In this document: piece after piece, positions 1 to 10,060 of the stretch
Position numbering within the stretch: the stretch's first letter is position 1
Layout of the letters: each line of letters begins with the position of its first letter
Assembly (NCBI GenBank): GCA_965208835.1
Contig: OZ242358.1
Span: forward strand, 5,056,001 to 5,120,000
DNA length: 64,000 nt
Source: Candidatus Latescibacterota bacterium
Lineage (GTDB): Bacteria > Latescibacterota > UBA2968 > GCA-2709665
Direction: 5' to 3'
Translations under genes and position numbers: made by a program
Notes under the pieces: model-generated
What the model was told of the DNA's origin: nothing
The model's database searches: none
Seen by the model: the letters and a program-made list of their open reading frames with translations, nothing else

Positions 1-1
1 A

Positions 2-460
2 ATGATCTCGCGGGCTCAGTCGAGGTGTGAACGTCTCCCCAACGTGAAATTCCGTCTGGCAGACGCCTATAGCCTCGAGCCAGAGGCAGGCGCATTCACG
101 GCGGCGTTCGCCGTCTGGTGGTGGTCGCACATTCCCAGGTCCCGCGTGGGAGCGTTTCTGCGATCACTTCACCGAAGGCTGATCCCCGGAGCGCCGGTGC
201 TGTTTTCGGACCAGCTCGAATATGACGTTCCCAGGATTGACGGCATGGCAACGCAACGGCATGAGGATTCCAACGGCGATACCATCGAACGGCGTGTTCT
301 CTCGGATGGGCGGGAGTACGACATCGTGAAGAATTTCCCGACCGAACAGGAACTCGTTTCCGCGTTGAGCGGCTTCGGATCGGATATTCAGTACCGCGAG
401 TGGCCGGGAGAGAAGCATTGGGAGCTGACGTACGTTGCCGCGCAGACAGCCCGAGTTTGA
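2..460 (+). CDS. Class I SAM-dependent methyltransferase (probably 5'-truncated by window edge)
   Basis: 'VKFRLADAYSL...FTAAFAVWWWSHIP...LIPGAPVLFSD' matches the C-terminal half of Methyltransf_11/25 proteins. Confidence 0.75.
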   Translation: MISRAQSRCERLPNVKFRLADAYSLEPEAGAFTAAFAVWWWSHIPRSRVGAFLRSLHRRLIPGAPVLFSDQLEYDVPRIDGMATQRHEDSNGDTIERRVLSDGREYDIVKNFPTEQELVSALSGFGSDIQYREWPGEKHWELTYVAAQTARV

Positions 461-543
461 ACTGGCAAGGCAGCACGAATCGATGGCTCCTGTTCCTCAC
501 TCCAACTGTTCAGGTTACTCGACGATAATGCAGGGTACATCTG

Positions 544-1227
544 ATGAGACGATCATTGGCAATACTGGCAGTTGTGATGGTGAGCATTCCTGACTTTGGT
601 TGGACAGAGGCTGAAGACCATCTCCACGTTCGAGAGCGGACCGGCTACTCTTCCGAGCCTGTGGGTAGTGCACGGATGGACGAACGCATTACAGAGTCCG
701 CGTTACGTTACCGCAAACACGGTGCTGTGGCTGCACGGGCCGGGTTTCACGACATTGCGTTTCCAAAGGATAGCAAGGAATTTCACCGTTTGAATGGATA
801 TGGGCTCCTGGTCGTCACAGCCATCTCGCAGGATAGTTCTGAGCTTCCACTCAGTCGCGTCTACGTACAAGGCGAGGATGGACAGGAAGTCCTGCAGCGG
901 CTATTTTCAATCTCATCGGCGGTAGAACCTCCGGACGGAGCCGTTGCACAGGTTTTCGGTCCGTTCCGGGCTGATGCCATGTATCTCTTTCCGGTACATT
1001 GGAAGTTTAAGGACAGCAAGCTTCTCACTGATTTCGCGCAGAATCGAAGAGGCTTTCAACTGGCAACCTTCCCCGAACGTATTCCGTCAGCCTTGAAGGC
1101 GCTTCCAAAGGAGAAGCCCACGTCGATTCCTCCATTGGAAGAAATACGACAGTTCGCGCACAGAGAGTATCCTGATCTTGGTCATTTTCTGGTAGAAATG
1201 CAACGGGAAAGACGTAAAGAGGATTAA
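544..1227 (+). CDS. Hypothetical exported protein
   Basis: 227-aa ORF with signal-peptide-like start MRRSLAILAVVMVS; no family recognised. Confidence 0.6.
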   Translation: MRRSLAILAVVMVSIPDFGWTEAEDHLHVRERTGYSSEPVGSARMDERITESALRYRKHGAVAARAGFHDIAFPKDSKEFHRLNGYGLLVVTAISQDSSELPLSRVYVQGEDGQEVLQRLFSISSAVEPPDGAVAQVFGPFRADAMYLFPVHWKFKDSKLLTDFAQNRRGFQLATFPERIPSALKALPKEKPTSIPPLEEIRQFAHREYPDLGHFLVEMQRERRKED

Positions 1228-2116
1228 GTTGCGCTGTTTCGCCTGGAGTTCGTGAGGCCCATTGGATGCAAAGACATTGGCTGTGTCGTGCGCTGTTGAA
1301 GGAACTTCCGTCAAGCGGGTGATCTTCCCTCAAGAGTTTTTATTCTTCATTTCTGCGCGCTCCGACTTCGAGTTTCTTGGATGGCGGAATGACTGGGATC
1401 TGTCAACACCACTGAGCGGCGATGGGAAGATCAACCGTCCGATCATGCTGCTCAGAAGAACATAGAAACCGCGCCATCGCCAGCTTCTTCCTTTGCAGGC
1501 ATAATTCATGCGCCCACGTTTCTACAAATCTCGAGACCGACGCTCTTTTTCCCAACGAAGGCAACAAACCGATATATATATGCTGCAGGGAAGTTAAACG
1601 CGAAATCAGACTCTGGTTCAATCGTGAAGTCTATAGGATGCATTCCTGAACATGTTCGGCCTACAAGCTTCAATGCAACATGTTCCCGAATGTTCGCAGA
1701 TCTTCGCATTAGGTATGCGTTACCGTAACTGTTCGGTAATACCGTAGTTATGGGCCATGCCGTGCTTGTGGCGATACACTCAGTGGAAGCGGAGCAAACC
1801 AGGGCGGAGGGGAGTTCCGAATTCGCGGCCGCTCTCCTATTTCAGGGTGTAGAAGGCCGCCATCAGATTCGATCTTGGACGCCGATTGGGTCCGTACCAA
1901 GCCGAATCTTCGGCTGCCACACGTAGATCTCATTAGTGTAGGCCGTGCCTTCTGTGGCGGGGTGTTTTATTAGCGGAGGCACCTTGTGGTCACACACAGG
2001 GTCGAAAGCGCCGTGAACCCTAGGCCGCACCAACCCCTTCCCCAAATCGGGAAAACCAAAACCCGAATCCCGCTTGCGCCCCGCGAATTTGTGAGGGTAT
2101 TGCAAGCCCGGCACCA

Positions 2117-2206
2117 GCCCATAACACGTCCGCTTGCGGCTCAGCCCTGTCGGGCTTCGACCTAACCCGCTGACGCGGGTTCGCAAGCGGCGGGAACGTT
2201 AAATGC
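2117..2206 (+). other. attC-like integron recombination site 1
   Basis: R'' GCCCATAAC (2117-2125); arms cgTccgcttgcg / cgcaagcggcg with one bulged T; R' GTTAAAT (2198-2204); R'' is the exact complement of upstream GTTATGGGC (1747-1755). Confidence 0.8.
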
Positions 2207-2383
2207 AAGCAGCGCAAAAGCCCAACCACTCCACCCCGAAAAATCGCGCACAAAACCAAAAACAGGTAAACCAACATGGCAAACGGATTCTATATGAAAT
2301 TTTCAGGAGAGCTCCTAGTCGTTCAGCCAGATGTTGAGTTCCCTCCTGCATCTCTTTGAAGAAATAAAAAAGGATACATTCCC

Positions 2384-3232
2384 ATGATCTTCCTGTGCCC
2401 GCCCGTGCGGCTGGGAAAAACCGCCGAAGAACGAGATGCTTTTCTTCGCAAAGTTGGTGTTTTGAACGTCCAGACCGTCTCTATGGCTACCCCGGCCGAC
2501 TGGGCCGATTCAGATGTGGAAAGCGCCCGGGATTTTCTGGAGGCGCATGAGATTCGCATCGGCGAGTTCAGCGCGTTCCACAAGCGCTTTGCTTCAGACG
2601 ATTTTGAAGTGTATCGTGAGGCTCAGGAGCACTACCGCAGGCAGTTGCACCATGCCCACATTTTGAACGCCCGATGCGTGGGCTTTGCCATTATTTGCGA
2701 CCGGGCCACACCGCAGATGTGGTCCGAAGCAACCTGGCATCGCTGCATTGAGGCGGTGAAGGAACTGGTGGAAGCAGCCGAAGCCGCGCAGATGGACGTG
2801 GCTGCGCACCCCCACATCATCAGCCCGCTCTGCTCACTGGAACGCTATCGGGAACTTCTGGACGCTGTAAATTCTCCTCGCCTCAAGGTGCTGATGGACC
2901 CTGTGAATCTCACCTGGCCGCAAATGGTCTACAACACAGACGATTTGATCAACCGGATCTTCGACGAACTGGCGGATCACATCGTTGCCGTTCATGCCAA
3001 AGACCTTGCCCTTTCGGCAGTGCAGCGCAACGGAAAGCATCTTTCTGTGGTCCACGTGGATGAGGCCGTTCCCGGAACCGGCACCCTGGACTATCACACA
3101 CTCCTTCGCCGGTTGGATGCCCTGGACCACAACGTTAGTGTGCACGTCGAACACTTTGACCAACCCGACACCATTGCCGGTCAGGAATATATTCGGTACG
3201 TGGCCAGAGAACTGGGGATTACATTGCATTGA
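2384..3232 (+). CDS. Sugar phosphate isomerase/epimerase (xylose isomerase-like TIM barrel)
   Basis: 'LKVLMDPVN', 'VAVHAKD', 'PGTGTLDY', 'VHVEH' motifs of AP_endonuc_2. Confidence 0.8.
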   Translation: MIFLCPPVRLGKTAEERDAFLRKVGVLNVQTVSMATPADWADSDVESARDFLEAHEIRIGEFSAFHKRFASDDFEVYREAQEHYRRQLHHAHILNARCVGFAIICDRATPQMWSEATWHRCIEAVKELVEAAEAAQMDVAAHPHIISPLCSLERYRELLDAVNSPRLKVLMDPVNLTWPQMVYNTDDLINRIFDELADHIVAVHAKDLALSAVQRNGKHLSVVHVDEAVPGTGTLDYHTLLRRLDALDHNVSVHVEHFDQPDTIAGQEYIRYVARELGITLH

Positions 3233-3380
3233 ACTCCTAGGGTGTGTACGACAATAGGTTTTTGAGCCGAAAATGGGCCAGATCTGTGTAGGGCGAATGA
3301 ATGAATAGAGACAGAAATTGAAGGTGTGCGCTCTATTTTCGCCCCTGTAAGGGCTTCGCCGTGAAGGGGGCGCGCTGCCA

Positions 3381-3513
3381 GCATTTAACACGTCCATTTG
3401 TGGCTGCGCTTGTCATCCGGTTTGCTAAAGGTAAAGGCGCAAACCGGCTGCCAATGCTCGACCCAACCCGCCCAAAAGGCCGGGCGGGTTCACAAATGGC
3501 GAGACCGTTATAT
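3381..3513 (+). other. attC-like site 2
   Basis: R'' GCATTTAAC (3381-3389), complement of GTTAAATGC (2198-2206); arms cgTccatttgtg / cacaaatggcg with bulged T; R' GTTATAT (3507-3513). Confidence 0.8.
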
Positions 3514-3558
3514 GCAACGGTGCCTAAAGATCGAACACCCCCATCGACTGGCGTTACC

Positions 3559-4176
3559 ATGGACGATCTAAGCGATATACGCGAGATGTACAATACTGGC
3601 TGGGATGCCGAGGCAAACAGGTTGGAGCGCCACCAACTCGAAGCTGATATTACTTGGCGCTATTTGAAGCTCTACCTGCCACCTCACGGCAGGCTCGTCG
3701 AAGTCGGTTTCGGCACGGGGTTTTACACCTTTCCCCTAGCGCGGCGAGGTTACCGGATCACGGCCGTCGACCTTTTTGAATTGCGTAGAAAAGAAAATCT
3801 TGAAAAGGGGCGCGGTCCGTTCTGGCAACTGTACGCCGAAGGCTTCGCGCAACGCATTGAGCATCTTGTCGCGAGCAAACCTACCTGGCACATGGCGACT
3901 GGCATCAACGACGAGACCTGGCTGCCGTGGTGCGAGGAAAACCTGTCGTACCTAGCCTCTGAGTTTCTGGAATCGTCGGATTCCGAGGAGAAGACGAGAA
4001 GATTCTTCGGTCACTGGTACGATCTACGAGGCAAGAAGCAGTGCGGTTACTACCTCGGACACGAAGTATTAGCCAGGATGGAAGAAACAGATCCACTCAG
4101 AACAATCGCGCTCTATCCTGAGCCAGAGAAACGGATCTTGGAGGTAGTGCAGATGATGGCCGGAAACTACGCATAA
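3559..4176 (+). pseudogene. Chimeric ORF: class I SAM methyltransferase N-terminus fused to a DUF2268/zincin-like C-terminus
   Basis: 'LVEVGFGTGFYT...ITAVDL' then an abrupt switch to 'LYAEGFAQ...GYYLGHEVL'; stop TAA lies inside the next R'' box. Confidence 0.55.
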
Positions 4177-4252
4177 CACCGTGCCCCCGGCTTCGGGCCA
4201 TTCGGCCCTTCGCGCAACCGCTTCGCGGTTCGGGGGCACGAAGACGTTAGCA
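4171..4252 (+). other. attC-like site 3
   Basis: R'' GCATAAC (4171-4177); inverted arms CGTGCCCCCG (4180-4189) / CGGGGGCACG (4231-4240); R' GTTAGCA (4246-4252). Confidence 0.75.
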
Positions 4253-4607
4253 GCCACGCCAGTCGAAACCAATGACTGCGAATGACCTCCGTGCTGCTCT
4301 GGTTGCGGCGTTACCTGCACTCCTGCTTCCCATTCTCATGACAGCGGGGAGGGTCGTTGAGGTCCTCCGGTTAAACGTGGGAGCGGACCTTCCGCCGGCA
4401 ACCAAAGCGTTCTTCGTCCATTCTCGACGTTGCTCCTGTTAACTCGGGTCCTGAGTTGGTGCCGACAGCCGGGCCTGGGCTGCTGGCTGGGTTCAGCCTG
4501 ATATTTTTCGGCTTCTCGATCATGGTGAGCGGCCGTGAGTCATGGAAGGCCGTTCTCTGCTGTCTCTGCTGTGAAAAAAGACGGTACAGATTTTTGAGGT
4601 CATCGCT

Positions 4608-6866
4608 ATGATCAAGCCAGGTCACGAGTGGGTACGGCGGGCGCGCACCTTTCAGATAGAGCAATACCACCCGCCCTTCTGGCCCGACATCGACTTTGAC
4701 GCGAAGCAGCTCGTCGATGTCGTGCGGAAATACCACGCCAACGCTATCTGGTTCGGCAGCGCGGGTAAGTGGGCGGTCTTCCCCAATGAGTTCTTTCCCC
4801 CGCACCCTCAATTAGGTGAGCGCGACCTGCTCGCCGAGACTATCGCCGAGGCCCATGCGCGGGAGGTGCGCGTCATCGGGTACATTCCCGTGGGGCACAT
4901 TATTCCCGAAGATAACATGCTGATCCATCATCCGGAGTGGATGTACCGCCCCAGCCCCGAAGGCAACGCTCCTGTCCTGAGGCACCACGGCGGCGGATTT
5001 CACCGGCACGTCTGCTTTAACACACCGTACCGAGAGGCTATCTGCGCTTTCATCGCACAAGTGGTGGACCACAACGTCGACGCGATCTACACCGATTCTG
5101 CCTGTCCTTACCATTCGCACCACACCCCGCAGTCACCCTTGTGCTACTGCGACTATTGCCTCGAGAAGTTCGACAGGCAATTCGGCTGCCCGATGCCGTA
5201 TGCACCCGATCCGCACAGCCTGCCTCGGGAAGACCAGGAGATGCTGGAAGCGTGGAGCCTGCAGTACGGCAGGATCGTCGGCGATGTCTTTCTCGAATTC
5301 GCCGCCGCGACGCGAAAGAAGAAGGACATCCCGGTGCTGACGCACGGCCTGGGTGTGGGCAACTGGCCCGAACGCAGGATCGTGGAGGTGCACAATGGAT
5401 TTCTCTACGAGGCCGGGGGCGACTTCCTTCATCGGCTCGAAGCGGCCAGTCTGGCCGAGTCGTCGGGTTGGGCTATGTGGCAATACGTCGGCGCCTTGAC
5501 GGGCTGGTCGCGGACGCAGTGCTTCGGCATGGAACTCGTCGAGGAAGCGGCAGCCAGCTTTGCTTCCGGAGGGGGCGTCCTGTTGGCGTGCGGCGTGAAC
5601 CTCTGGCTGTCGCCTCCCCACAAAGCCAATCGTGAGCTGGTGGAGCTCCTTGAGATCCTGGAGACGAATGAATCACTCTTCGAAGATCTCCACCCGTCAC
5701 CGTTTGTTGCAATTCCATTTGTTTTGCCGGTGCGGGTGTACGAGATGCTCGAGCGGTTGCGGTTCCGCGCCGAGCCCCTGGTGTTGCGCGATCGTCCGCG
5801 CGATGTCATCGGCCAGTTCAAGCAGGACCTCGCCGACCGTCAGGGGGAACTCGAGGCCCCGCTCTCCGAGGCGGGCTATCTCGTGCGCACGCCCCCGCAG
5901 CAATCCTGCCGTCGCGGGTCCTTCTCGACCATGCTGGCCAACCATTTGCCGACGTCGGTGATCGCGGAGCGGGTTCTCTCCGATCCGGCGGCGTTGGCAA
6001 AATATCCTGTTCTGTTTCTGCCCAACGTCGGCCATCTCACGCGGGAGGAAGTCGAGGGCATCACGGAATATGTGAAGGTGGGCGGGCGGCTCCTGGCAAC
6101 GTACCGGACGAGCCTGTACGGTGCCGAGCCCGAGGAGATGCGCGATAACTTCGCCCTTGCGGACCTTCTGGGCGTGGACCGCGTGGACCCGAACCCCGAC
6201 CAGTTCGCTGATTACGAACAACACCTCTGGGCCGCGGGAACGTTCGACACGTACGGTCGGTGCGTTCCGGGTCAATGGCTGGCCGAGGGGTGCTCGCATG
6301 AGCTGTGGCCGATCAATCGGTTCGAGTTCGTCCAGGCGCGGCCGGGAACCGACGTGGTGGCGAACATCGTCTTCGGTGGGCGCGCGGACGACGCTCTGTG
6401 TCCCGCCGTCACCTGCCGGACGGTCGGCAAGGGGCGCGTCGTCTATCTGGCCGCGCCGGTGGAGGAGCTTCATTTCGAATATCGCCTGCTGGTCGTCCGC
6501 GATCTTTTAGGCGCCGTGGTGGATTGGCTCTACCCGGAGGGCCGGCCTTTGATGACCGATGGCCCGAACCAACTCGTGATGATTCCGAATGAAAAACCAG
6601 GAAGCCAGGTGTTGTTTCTGATCAATCACACCGGCGAGCGCGTCGAGCATCTGCCGGAGATCTGGCCGCGCTTCAGCCCACAGTTTGACTATGTGCCCAC
6701 GATACCCGAAGTGAACCTGCGCTGGTGGCTCACGGAGCGGGGCACTCCTCGTCGCGTGTGGGACGTTTGCACGGGAGATGACCTGGAGGTCACGTTCGAC
6801 GGAAACTACCTGGAAACCACATTATCGAACATCGGACAGTACGCGATGATTGCCGCTGAGTTCTGA
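4608..6866 (+). CDS. Putative glycoside hydrolase (GHL6/GH42-like barrel plus beta-galactosidase trimerisation-like domain)
   Basis: 'DLLAETIAEAHAREVRVIGY', 'HPEW', 'CFNTPY', 'CYCDYC', 'YVKVGGRLLAT', 'GKGRVVY'. Confidence 0.7.
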   Translation: MIKPGHEWVRRARTFQIEQYHPPFWPDIDFDAKQLVDVVRKYHANAIWFGSAGKWAVFPNEFFPPHPQLGERDLLAETIAEAHAREVRVIGYIPVGHIIPEDNMLIHHPEWMYRPSPEGNAPVLRHHGGGFHRHVCFNTPYREAICAFIAQVVDHNVDAIYTDSACPYHSHHTPQSPLCYCDYCLEKFDRQFGCPMPYAPDPHSLPREDQEMLEAWSLQYGRIVGDVFLEFAAATRKKKDIPVLTHGLGVGNWPERRIVEVHNGFLYEAGGDFLHRLEAASLAESSGWAMWQYVGALTGWSRTQCFGMELVEEAAASFASGGGVLLACGVNLWLSPPHKANRELVELLEILETNESLFEDLHPSPFVAIPFVLPVRVYEMLERLRFRAEPLVLRDRPRDVIGQFKQDLADRQGELEAPLSEAGYLVRTPPQQSCRRGSFSTMLANHLPTSVIAERVLSDPAALAKYPVLFLPNVGHLTREEVEGITEYVKVGGRLLATYRTSLYGAEPEEMRDNFALADLLGVDRVDPNPDQFADYEQHLWAAGTFDTYGRCVPGQWLAEGCSHELWPINRFEFVQARPGTDVVANIVFGGRADDALCPAVTCRTVGKGRVVYLAAPVEELHFEYRLLVVRDLLGAVVDWLYPEGRPLMTDGPNQLVMIPNEKPGSQVLFLINHTGERVEHLPEIWPRFSPQFDYVPTIPEVNLRWWLTERGTPRRVWDVCTGDDLEVTFDGNYLETTLSNIGQYAMIAAEF

Positions 6867-6955
6867 TTCAATGACATTTCGTTCCGATGATTGTCACATC
6901 CCACTAACAAACTCAAATCGCAAATGCGACGATCTGTGAGAGAAAGGGTTGCCTC

Positions 6956-8536
6956 ATGGCCGAAAAGGAAAAATACCTCTTCGATGTTCCACGGAGCGGG
7001 TCCATGGCGCTGATGACCGAGGAGCAGAGGTGGGCCTTCGAGCTCGACGGCTATATCCTCCTCCCGAGCCTGCTCGGCGCACCAGCAGCGGCGCACGCCA
7101 CACCCGCCGCTCTGGCTGAGCATCCGGACTTGCTGGCTGCGATCAATCAGCTGGCCGGCGGGGAGTTGCCACTGTGGCACCGCGCTGCGTACGACGGTAC
7201 TGAAGGAAAGGCACAGGAGTTCCACACGATCAAGTTTGAGCTGGACCGGCCGCCGCGCCGCCTGACCAAAGAGGGGCAGTGGGCCAATGATCTGACGGTG
7301 GATGAGCAGCGCCGGCTGGGCTACGACACGACCAGCCGGCCCGACCGGGTGTGCGTCTGGGGGCTGCGCGCGCTGTGGGCCGTGGGCGACAGCTGCGTGG
7401 TGGTGTGCCCCGCGTCGCACAAAGCCAACGTCCAGCCGCCCCCGAGCATGGCGCGCGCCGAGGAGCTCGGGGCGACGGAGCGCGTGCAGCTCCGCGCTGG
7501 CGACTGTCTGCTCGCGGTTGCCACCACGCTGGTCGGCGCCGCCCCAGGCTCCTCGCTGCAGGAGTGCGTCTTTTGCGACGACACCCGCTACCCTGGGGGG
7601 CCCTTCGGCCACGGCGCGACGGGTGCGGACAGCTGGCTGGATGAGCTCACGCCGGCGCGCCGAGCGCTGGTGGCCGGCCCACCACGCGGCCTCGGCCACG
7701 ACGGACGGCCCCTTAGCAACGAGCAGCAGCTGGCGCCGTCGCTGCTGGACGTCAACACGCGACCTGACGCTCCGAACCACGAGGAGGTCTGGTTCTGGGA
7801 CCTGAGAGGCTACCTGGTGCTGCCTGGCGTGATGGACCGCGAGTGGTTAGTGCAGTGCAATGCAGCGCTCGACTCGCCCTTCGCCGAAGCCAACCGTCGG
7901 CCGGTGGGCTTTTCGAGCAGTGTCGTGGGCGAGTACCCGGACTACGAGGGCTGTTCGCAGACTATTGCCCCGGCCCCGGGCACGCGCTGCACCGAAGAAC
8001 GCGTCTCGCAGACCTGGACCCATCCCCCACCCTTCAGCGATGGCTTTCGACGCATGATCGACAATCCGCTCGTGAACGCGCGCCTGAAGTGGATGATCGA
8101 CCCGGGCTTCGTCATGACGACGTGCTACACCATCGTCAGCCGCGACGGGGCGGCCGGCCAGCCCCTGCATGGCGGCTGGTTTTACGGCGCCGGCCCTAAC
8201 TATCAATTCCGGGACGGACAGCCTCGTACGGAGCAGGTGAACATCGGCTGGCTGCTCCAGGACGTCGAGACGGCGACGGGCGACGGCGGACTGATGTTAG
8301 TCCCCGGAAGCCACAAAGCGCGGCTGCCGCTGCCGCGCCCGAAGCAAACCAGCTGCGACCTGCCGCAGGTCAAGCATATGCAGGGGGTTGCCGGGACGGT
8401 GATCATGTACCCGGGCACGACGACGCACGGCGTGCGCAGCTGGCGCAACCCCAATCGCGAGCGGCGCTTCGTCAACACCAAAGCGGGACCCAATATACGG
8501 CGGCCTGAGCGCGAGGGCGCGCAACCGGGCCCCTGA
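6956..8536 (+). CDS. Tandem-domain phytanoyl-CoA dioxygenase (PhyH) family protein
   Basis: Two PhyH-type starts ('WAFELDGYILL', 'WFWDLRGYLVL'); 'GGLMLVPGSHK'; distal 'THG'. Confidence 0.75.
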   Translation: MAEKEKYLFDVPRSGSMALMTEEQRWAFELDGYILLPSLLGAPAAAHATPAALAEHPDLLAAINQLAGGELPLWHRAAYDGTEGKAQEFHTIKFELDRPPRRLTKEGQWANDLTVDEQRRLGYDTTSRPDRVCVWGLRALWAVGDSCVVVCPASHKANVQPPPSMARAEELGATERVQLRAGDCLLAVATTLVGAAPGSSLQECVFCDDTRYPGGPFGHGATGADSWLDELTPARRALVAGPPRGLGHDGRPLSNEQQLAPSLLDVNTRPDAPNHEEVWFWDLRGYLVLPGVMDREWLVQCNAALDSPFAEANRRPVGFSSSVVGEYPDYEGCSQTIAPAPGTRCTEERVSQTWTHPPPFSDGFRRMIDNPLVNARLKWMIDPGFVMTTCYTIVSRDGAAGQPLHGGWFYGAGPNYQFRDGQPRTEQVNIGWLLQDVETATGDGGLMLVPGSHKARLPLPRPKQTSCDLPQVKHMQGVAGTVIMYPGTTTHGVRSWRNPNRERRFVNTKAGPNIRRPEREGAQPGP

Positions 8537-8621
8537 TGACCTTTGGCGATCTATATCGCGAGAAAAGTACAGGAAATTCGGAAGCATCGGGCTGCCCACC
8601 ACCACCACGACCCCCGCCACC

Positions 8622-8665
8622 CACACGCAGCTTCGCCGCGCGTCGCAAAGCCTGAGACGTTAGTG
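8622..8665 (+). other. Partial attC-like site (right half)
   Basis: '...CGCAAAGCCTGAGAC-GTTAGTG' resembles the 3' end of attC2 ('GAGACC-GTTATAT') and precedes a new ORF; no left arm found. Confidence 0.4.
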
Positions 8666-8712
8666 ACCATGCGGTCGCAACCCGAAGTCATGAAAGGATA
8701 GGAGTCAAATCG

Positions 8713-9831
8713 GTGAACCGTCTGTTCTTGTCAATGTTCCTCACTCTGTGCAGCACAGGTCATGCTGATGCATCCGATGATTGGAGGATTGGTACTCTGG
8801 CTGAGCAAGGTCTGGATGCGGATACGATAGCGGAGGGTCTGGCCGGGATCCGGGATGGGGAGTACAAGAACCTCCACAGCTTTCTGATTGCTCGGCGAGG
8901 AATTCTCGTACTGGAGGAGTACTTTGCGGGTACCGATGGGTGGCGGGGGCATGTCGTATTCGACAAGGAACATCTGCATGACACACGCTCAGTTTCAAAG
9001 AGTGTAACGTCCGCGCTCGTTGGAATCGCCATTGACAAGGGCTTTATCGATTCTGTTGACGTGCCAATGCATCAATTCTTCCCGGATCACTCCGCGCACA
9101 TAACCGAAACAAAAAAAAAGATCACTCTGAGGCATCTGCTGACGATGACTTCCGGGTTCAGGTGGGACCAATCGGGAGCGCATAAATCCGAGCCCGGTTC
9201 TCCAAACTCGGAAGCTCAGATGGAGAACAGTGACGACTTCATCGGATATGTACTGTCATCTGACATGTCTGACGAACCCGGCAGACGGTTCAACTACAAT
9301 AGCGGTTGTGCAATTCTTCTTGCAGGGGTTATCAAAAAGGCTTCCGGCCTGCACGCAGATGCTTTCGCCAACAAATTTCTCTTTGGACCTCTGGGCATCC
9401 GTCGGAGTGATTGGTGGCGGACAAAGACAGGATTGCCGCAAACACATGCAGGTCTTCGTCTCAGACCCCGTGATCTGGCCAGGATCGGTCAGCTGTACCT
9501 GGACCGGGGGGTGTGGAACGGAGTCGAGGTACTGTCTGCGGAATGGATCGAAGAATCTGTCAGCCCTCAGTTTGGAAACGAACGATACGGGTTTGGCTGG
9601 TGGCTGGATCGCTTCAGTGTTGCCGGATGTCCTGTCAAAACCTTCGTTGCCGAAGGAAATGGCGGTCAGTTCCTGTTCGTGATTCCCGATGTTGAGATGG
9701 TGATTGTCTTCACAGGTGGAAATTACGGGTACACAGTCGCCAACCAGGTCTTTCGCATCGTAACCAGGCATGTCCTGCCTGCGGTGACAGATCACCCCTC
9801 AGAAAGCAGAGGAGAGGCCGATGGGGAGTGA
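8713..9831 (+). CDS. Serine hydrolase, beta-lactamase class C-like
   Basis: SxxK (RSVSKS), 'HLLTMTSG', 'PGRRFNYNSG', 'GNGGQ'; signal-peptide-like N-terminus. Confidence 0.9.
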   Translation: MNRLFLSMFLTLCSTGHADASDDWRIGTLAEQGLDADTIAEGLAGIRDGEYKNLHSFLIARRGILVLEEYFAGTDGWRGHVVFDKEHLHDTRSVSKSVTSALVGIAIDKGFIDSVDVPMHQFFPDHSAHITETKKKITLRHLLTMTSGFRWDQSGAHKSEPGSPNSEAQMENSDDFIGYVLSSDMSDEPGRRFNYNSGCAILLAGVIKKASGLHADAFANKFLFGPLGIRRSDWWRTKTGLPQTHAGLRLRPRDLARIGQLYLDRGVWNGVEVLSAEWIEESVSPQFGNERYGFGWWLDRFSVAGCPVKTFVAEGNGGQFLFVIPDVEMVIVFTGGNYGYTVANQVFRIVTRHVLPAVTDHPSESRGEADGE

Positions 9832-9900
9832 CTGTTCGTTCTCGATGGAGAAGCCGGACAGTAATTCGACAACCACACATGGTGTTCTGTCCCGAAGATT

Positions 9901-10026
9901 CCTCACCATTCGACCGCGGATTCATCCCGTCTCGCTACGTTCCCCTCGCTCGCCGACCTTACGCAGGTCACCTGCGCTCAGGCGCCTTGCGAGACGGGCG
10001 ACTCGGCGGTCGAATTCAGGTAACTT
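9901..10026 (+). other. Long hairpin, degenerate attC-like site
   Basis: ATTCGACCGC (9908-9917) / GCGGTCGAAT (10006-10015) and CCCGTCTCGC / GCGAGACGGG inverted pairs; R boxes degenerate. Confidence 0.45.
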
Positions 10027-10060
10027 ATTTCCGGGACAGAACACGAGGAGAACTGTTAGC

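Noticed and set aside
1228-1700. Integron integrase remnant or short ORFs
   Set aside because: No tyrosine-recombinase motifs or recognisable proteins in the listed frames.
8713-9831. Antibiotic-resistance beta-lactamase cassette
   Set aside because: Motifs fit the broad serine hydrolase family; resistance cannot be inferred.
9821-10060. Upstream extension of the NUDIX ORF
   Set aside because: It reads through the attC-like hairpin; the RBS and family start point to GTG 10061.
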